A DNA stretch of 61,810 nucleotides, counting the filler, from Globobulimina sp. (Eukaryota), in the NCBI GenBank assembly GCA_003354225.1. It is 7 parts of 7 records of this genome, joined end to end, with 100 filler letters (N's around TTAATTAATTAA, not from the genome) between each part and the next. Parts side by side here need not be neighbours in the genome. Positions count along the whole stretch, not along the records: positions 53,116 to 61,810 come from PIVH01000067.1; 6 more parts are not named here. One strand, 5' to 3'. Position numbers and translations under genes: made by a program. Below are positions 56,165 to 61,810 of this stretch, one piece after another; positions within the stretch are counted from its first letter, which is position 1, and the number at the start of each line of letters is the position of its first letter. The notes beneath the pieces are model-generated. The model made no database searches, was not told the DNA's origin, and saw only the letters and a program-made list of their open reading frames with translations.

Positions 56165-56355
56165 TTTTATCTGTTTATGTTGAGTTCTGTATTAATAGTT
56201 TGAAGTGACAATTATTTAAAATTAAAATTTAATTTTTTTTGCCAATACTGAATCTGGTTTGTAGTTTGTACTTTGTAGACAGTCATCAAATATCAAACGA
56301 ATGGGAAACTATACATATACTAATTATAAAAAATTTACAAAATAAAATATATATA

Positions 56356-59300
56356 TTACAAAAACATCAATTCTGTGCCCATTTTATAAGAATTGACGAT
56401 TAAATTATAAGATTGATAACTTTCAATTTCATCGACAGCAATACCATAATCTTTTCCATTAATTTTAAATGATAACGTATTATCTGTAAAATCCAACATC
56501 ATCTCTACAACATCAGAAACCGCTAAATGTTTGCCGTATCCTTCATGCATGGTCAATCCACCATTTTTAACAAATGTTCGTTTTTTATCTGAATGAAATC
56601 CATAACAATCACTTCCTGATCCTGGATATTTGTGATAATAACTGGAATAATTTGATGCTATTCCAATAAATACATATTTATCCGCAGCAAGATTTTTAAT
56701 GAAAATTTTCCAGACATACTTATTTGGTGATTCACAATCCGTATTTCCATAAACACTGTGATATAAACCATCTCCCAATAATGTAATACAAACTCCATTT
56801 AACACCGCACAAGAAATACCACATTGATTCCATGTATCGTAAAATGATGGAATCCAATCCATTGGATATTTAAACCGAACATCAATTTTATTTGCTTCCA
56901 ATTCCAATTCATGATCATTTCCCTTTGTTTCTTCTTCATTTCCCTTTGTTTCGTCTTTATCGAATTGTAAGCCCTTTTGTAATTGAATATATTCCGCAGC
57001 AAAATACTCACCAAATAATTCAAATTCCTCTCGTGAGATTACACCGTCATTATTTTTGTCAATTTGTGGCTTTAAATCTAAAGCAATCTTTTTAACAAAA
57101 GGGCAACATTCCGCTCTCGGTGTTGGTGGCATATCCGGTTCTCTTTCGAGACAAAATAAATTTAATACGCCATATATCAAATCCTCCAATTCTTCCTGGT
57201 CAATTATTCCGTTTCCATCTTTATCGGATCGCTTCCATATTTTATCCAAATTTAATTTGCCGCCAGTTGGGGATTGGATAGTCGCTCTAGTTTTTGTTAG
57301 CTGTCTCATGGCGCATTTTTCACACAAATCATACCCCTCTTCATGTACTGGAGAATCTTTTCCTTTTTTGCAATGATAAACAGTTTCATCTCCCATGACA
57401 TGTTCACCACAATCATCACACTCAACGGTTGCTCCCATGCCATATACTTCGGCATCAGTTCTAAGCAAATCACCGCCACAAATACAAAAAGGATCGGAAC
57501 TGCCACCATATAGCAACATTTCCTTTAATACGCAAGAAAAACATAAATCATATCCAGCGTCATGAGCATTGGACTTTCCATTTGGACAATGATAGACTAT
57601 GTCGACAGCATCGATTGATTTCTCACATATGTCACATCCAACAGGCGTACCGGAATAGCATCTTTCAGCTAATATGAGTTCAAAAGGTTCGCCACAAATA
57701 CATATACATTCTTCGTTGTATATACAATCATCATTATCCTCGTTTACTTGTAATACATTTCCAAATGAAAACTGTCTGTTTAACGCATGCACATTCTTTC
57801 CAATTGACTCATGACGTGATTCGATTTCATATATTATATCTTCTTTCTTCTGAATTCTTTTTAATCGTTGCAAAGTTTCATTACTTAAACCTGCATTAAT
57901 CTGCAATACTTGGTCGATATATTCACCAACAGTGGACAGCTTTGGTCTGAACATAGTGTAAGAATTCAAACAATGGATATATGCTTGAAATAAATTATAT
58001 ATTTCTGTTTCTGTTAACGTTTTCTGTATATAATATACAGCAGAAATATAATTTATTTCAATCACAACAATTTAGAAAAACCCATTGTTTTAATGCCAGT
58101 GTATAGTACCTCAATGCATTCATTTCTAAGTATCGGAAATCTTTTAATATATTCTTCATTTTGTCGGCTATATTCGTTTCTATTTCTTGTTTGCGTGCCA
58201 ATAATATTTTGTTTTCATTCTGAGCTTGAGATTTATTGTCCATTGCATTATCATATTGAACTTTAATATCAACGCCATCGGATTGATTCCAATTTGTTGT
58301 CGTATCTGATATTTCTCTACGAATCCAAATATAATCAGTGCTCTCATGTTCAGTGTAATGGCATCCGCAAACATCACAACATGCATCGTCATTCATTACA
58401 TGACAAGTTTTAACACCAACTTTCAAACAGTTTCGATGACATGTTTTCTTACAATGAGAGCAGGTCGTAATTGTGTCGGTACTCTGATATTCTTTTATCG
58501 TATCCATATGTTTTGCAAGTTGTGAGGTTTCCTGATTTTGCATAATAACTGCATCATATTTATTAATTAATTTTTGATGTTGTACAATACTTTGGGTCGC
58601 ACGCAATAAATTATCCTTTTCATTCAATATAATCTCAATTTTATTATCAATTTTCGCCCTTTGTCTTAATACAAGCCGCGAATTAGTGGTTGGTTTTGGT
58701 TTTGTAGTATCTAATGCTTTAAAAAACGATCTAAATCCATTTTCGCTCATTTTCCAATACATTTTATTGAATTGATGGGTGAGTTCGTCGGCATCTTTTG
58801 TCGGATCGTGGCAATACGCGGTATTATTAAATTGAAATACATTTTTACAATGCGCAAACTGTGCGTGTTGAGCTAATGAGTTCATAATTTGTGCTTTTTT
58901 ACTTTCACAAAATGTCAATAATATAAACATATTTGGCTCAATATCGGCTGCCCATAAATTCAATACATTGTTGAATACATATTGTTGGGCAGCGGTCAAT
59001 CGATTTGTTGTGGATTTCATTACAAAACAAACCGCATCGATCCCATTCAATGTATTATCCAATAAATACCTCAAATCGACTAAAATTTCAAAATCTTTCG
59101 ATATGCCACGAGTGTCACCAAAACCGGGCGAATCGATTATATTCAAATTATATTCAATATTTGAGTCAATTTCAGGCGCAGACACTTGATAAACGGATAC
59201 ATGATCGGTTTGGCTCTCTGCCTGTTTACATTCTTTTTCCTTTTCTTCAATTAGTCGCAATCGATAATTATCCTCATACCGAATATTATAAATATAATTC

Positions 59301-60292
59301 AGCATTCCATTGATTAGTGTTGTTTTGCCAGCGCCTGTTTGGCCAATAATTAATATTGTTTTTGAAATCGATGCGGTTGTGTTTGCATCACCAGACTCTA
59401 CCATTGAATTCCACGAAATGCACAGTTTTTTGGCTGCCATTCCAATCGATTTCGGAACGATATATTCTGTTTTTTTATGCGGTGCAATGGAAAAACCAGG
59501 CGCTAGATTTCGTATTGTCTTTTTTTCTTTTTCTGGTTCATTGTACAGTGCTTTTATGGCTTGTTTGAATCTGTTTTTAACCACATATTTGATGCCTAAT
59601 TCAACACATAAGTCAGCAATGTCATCTTTGCTTTGTTCGGCGAAGTCTGCAGTTGATGTAAAGCCATATTCTGTTAACTTTTTATAGCATTTTGCAAATC
59701 CATTATTTATGCACCAAGTGTCCAATGCTGATTCAATGTGTAAATGTAAAACTTGATGATGTCCATTATCGTCTTGTTTATCGCCTAAAATTTCAGTGAA
59801 ATCATCCCAATCATCACAATAAATCCTTTTACCTGAAACATCTTCATATATTTTGCCAATTTCTCCTTTGATTTTAAATTTAGCTTTGATTTCATCCACA
59901 AATTCATCAAATGTTTCGTCATCAATTTCATTTAATTTGTCGGTGATAAAATGTGTAAATGTATCACATTCAGAATGAACAATAATTTTCCACCCTTCCT
60001 TTAATGTTTCTATATTTTCTGTAATAATATCGACTTTTGCGTCATGTGAATGTGATGGTTTATTTGCAGATTTATTATCATCTGATTTGGGTGGAGTTGG
60101 TATTGCGGCGACTATTGCCTTTGCGGTACTTTTTTTTTGTTCTTCATTTTCTTTGGTTCCCCACATTGCGGTTATTTTGGATTTTGATTTTTTTCTTCGC
60201 CTTTTTGGTTTTGTTTTATTATCATTATTACCTTTAAATGCTGTTTCCCAAAATGATGTATTTAATTTTCCAGGGTTTTTAGTTCCTTTCAT
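56356..60292 (-). CDS. SAM-like, septin/AIG1-like P-loop GTPase, Cys-rich repeats, EF-hands and SPRY-like multidomain protein, 2 exons, 1257 aa
   Basis: Intron 58109-57947 joins NALR|PKLST. Motifs GQTGAGKTT, DSPGFGDTRG, TFC, FNN. Two C.CG..CD.C..YHC..H..GYDLC repeats. EF loops DKDGNGIIDQEE and DKNNDGVISREE. SPRY-like end. Confidence 0.82.
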
Positions 60293-60368
60293 TGTGTGGA
60301 AAAAATGTCAGCTAAATATCTGTACTAGAAAGTTTTCAACAAAACAATCATTGCTTCGTAATCACAAC

Positions 60369-61407
60369 ATGCAACGAAGAAACGCTCGTCTAAGAAGAGA
60401 ATACATCTTTAGAAAAGTTATGCAAAATAACCCAAAAAAAAGTCAATTTCATTCAATAATAACTTATTATGATTGCACACAGAGTTTACAACCTAGATAC
60501 CGCGCAGAATACAAAGCAAAAAGGAAACTTCAAAATGCATTAAACTGTTAAGTGACTCATTACAATATTTTTTTGCAACTTATGCAAAAACAAAAACAAA
60601 AAAAACATTTATAATTATAATTCAGCGGGAGGCAAAGTACCCTCATCAATCCAGAATAAATTTGATCGAATCAGCACTGCACTGAAAGCAGATGATGTTC
60701 ACACCAAAGACATTGGGAAAAGAGCGAAATTCTTGGATGATGAATACGCTTTGTCCGGGGTCAAAGATCCAAAAATATTAATCACGACATCACGCGATCC
60801 CACCGATAAATTATTACGTTTTGTGAAAGAAATGAAACTTTGTTATCCAAATTCAGTGCGTATAAACAGAGGAAATATCTCTACAAACGAGCTAATCTCA
60901 GAAGGCCGCAATACGGGTTTTAGTGACATTATAATATTCCATGAACATTCCGGCACCGCGGATGGTATGATTGTGTGCCATTTGCCCTATGGTCCCACTG
61001 CCTACTTCTCGTTGAAAGATGTGATTGCCAGACACGACTTACCCAAACATTCATTGCATAGTGTTTCTGAACAAATGCCACATTTAATATTTAATAATTT
61101 TAGCACATTGTTGGGAGAGAGGGTCACTCGAATTGTCAAGTATTTATATCCAGTGATTGAGGATAAACATAAACATAAAATAAGGAGAGTCATATCGTAT
61201 TCAAATGTGAATGATTTTATTTTATTTCGACATCATGTTTACAGGAAAGTGCTTCAAAATCAGGACATCGATTTAATTGAAATTGGACCAAGGTTTACAA
61301 TGCGATTATACCAAATAAAATTGGGGACGCTCGATCAAAAGGAAGCTGCCACTGAATGGGTATTGCGCCCTCATTTTAATACGGCATGGAAACGTAAAGC
61401 ATTGTGA
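60369..61407 (+). CDS. IMP4: U3 snoRNP protein IMP4 (Brix domain), 2 introns in the 5' part
   Basis: MQRRNARLRREYIFRK; DDEYA..GVKDPKILITTSRDP; HEHSG..DGMIVCHLPYGPTAYF; EIGPRF; LGTL...EWVLRP. Confidence 0.93.
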
Positions 61408-61551
61408 TTATATTTTTTATAACGTTGTAACTTGTTTCAGACTTTTTTATTGAATGCAATTGGAAAACGAGTGTTCTTCAAACTAATATTGCAAATACTA
61501 ACGAATAATAATTATAATGTGTACAAGGTAAATAAAAAAAAAATATAAAAT

Positions 61552-61810
61552 TTATTTCTTTGTTCTAAATCCATATAACTGATGAATTTTTGTTTGATCT
61601 CCATCTTTTAAAATTCTTTGAATCATTAATTCCTGGTCTTTGCATTTCATTAATTGTTTAATTTTTGCATTATCTCTGGTTGGACTATATTCCTCATTTT
61701 GTATTAATTGATCAATATAATCGCCAAACGTCGATAATGAAGGTCTCAATGCTACTTTTTCTAAATAATTACGATATTTTAATATATCCGCAATCATTCC
61801 ATGTACTTCC
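61552..61810 (-). CDS. 3' end of a paralog of the septin/AIG1-like GTPase
   Basis: YLEKVALRPSLSTFGDYIDQLIQNE matches YLEMNALR|PKLSTVGEYIDQVLQ in the 56356-60292 gene. Confidence 0.7.
   Translation of the reverse strand, partial: EVHGMIADILKYRNYLEKVALRPSLSTFGDYIDQLIQNEEYSPTRDNAKIKQLMKCKDQELMIQRILKDGDQTKIHQLYGFRTKK

Overview
This window is not one locus. It is seven unrelated ~8.7-kb eukaryotic contigs (1-8760, 8861-17618, 17719-26474, 26575-35329, 35430-44183, 44284-53015, 53116-61810) joined by artificial 100-nt N44-TTAATTAATTAA-N44 spacers. AT-rich, gene-dense DNA with short GT-AG introns and an EFL-type elongation factor suggest a foraminiferan/rhizarian draft genome (inference). Host contigs carry ordinary genes: MaoC-like dehydratase, SLC37 and SVOP-like MFS transporters, a DMT transporter, PHD, PDZ-SPRY, zf-PARP-SAP, multi-PH, TORTIFOLIA1-like, septin/AIG1-like GTPases and IMP4. 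They also carry an ART-like protein and a 1806-aa ankyrin protein with a RelA/SpoT-like nucleotidyltransferase domain. The most unusual contig is 8861-17618. Manual splicing there recovers a 946-aa, 7-exon DDE transposase (D-D-CxxH-E, MULE/hAT-type signature) with three accessory genes sharing an unrecognised N-terminal 'TGR(L/V)SLD' domain. Nearly all 18 introns are built from an ~11-bp ATTTATA repeat, and the same motif forms a long foldback at the left end. Two contigs are non-LTR retrotransposons. One has a 1563-aa ORF1 with degenerate NADAR-like and SGNH-like domains and an in-phase G GGA AAC -1 slippery site leading into an APE-RT ORF2 that lacks a usable ATG. The other is an APE-RT-RNase H element with a split ORF1. 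All family calls come from motif recognition by eye, not from database searches.
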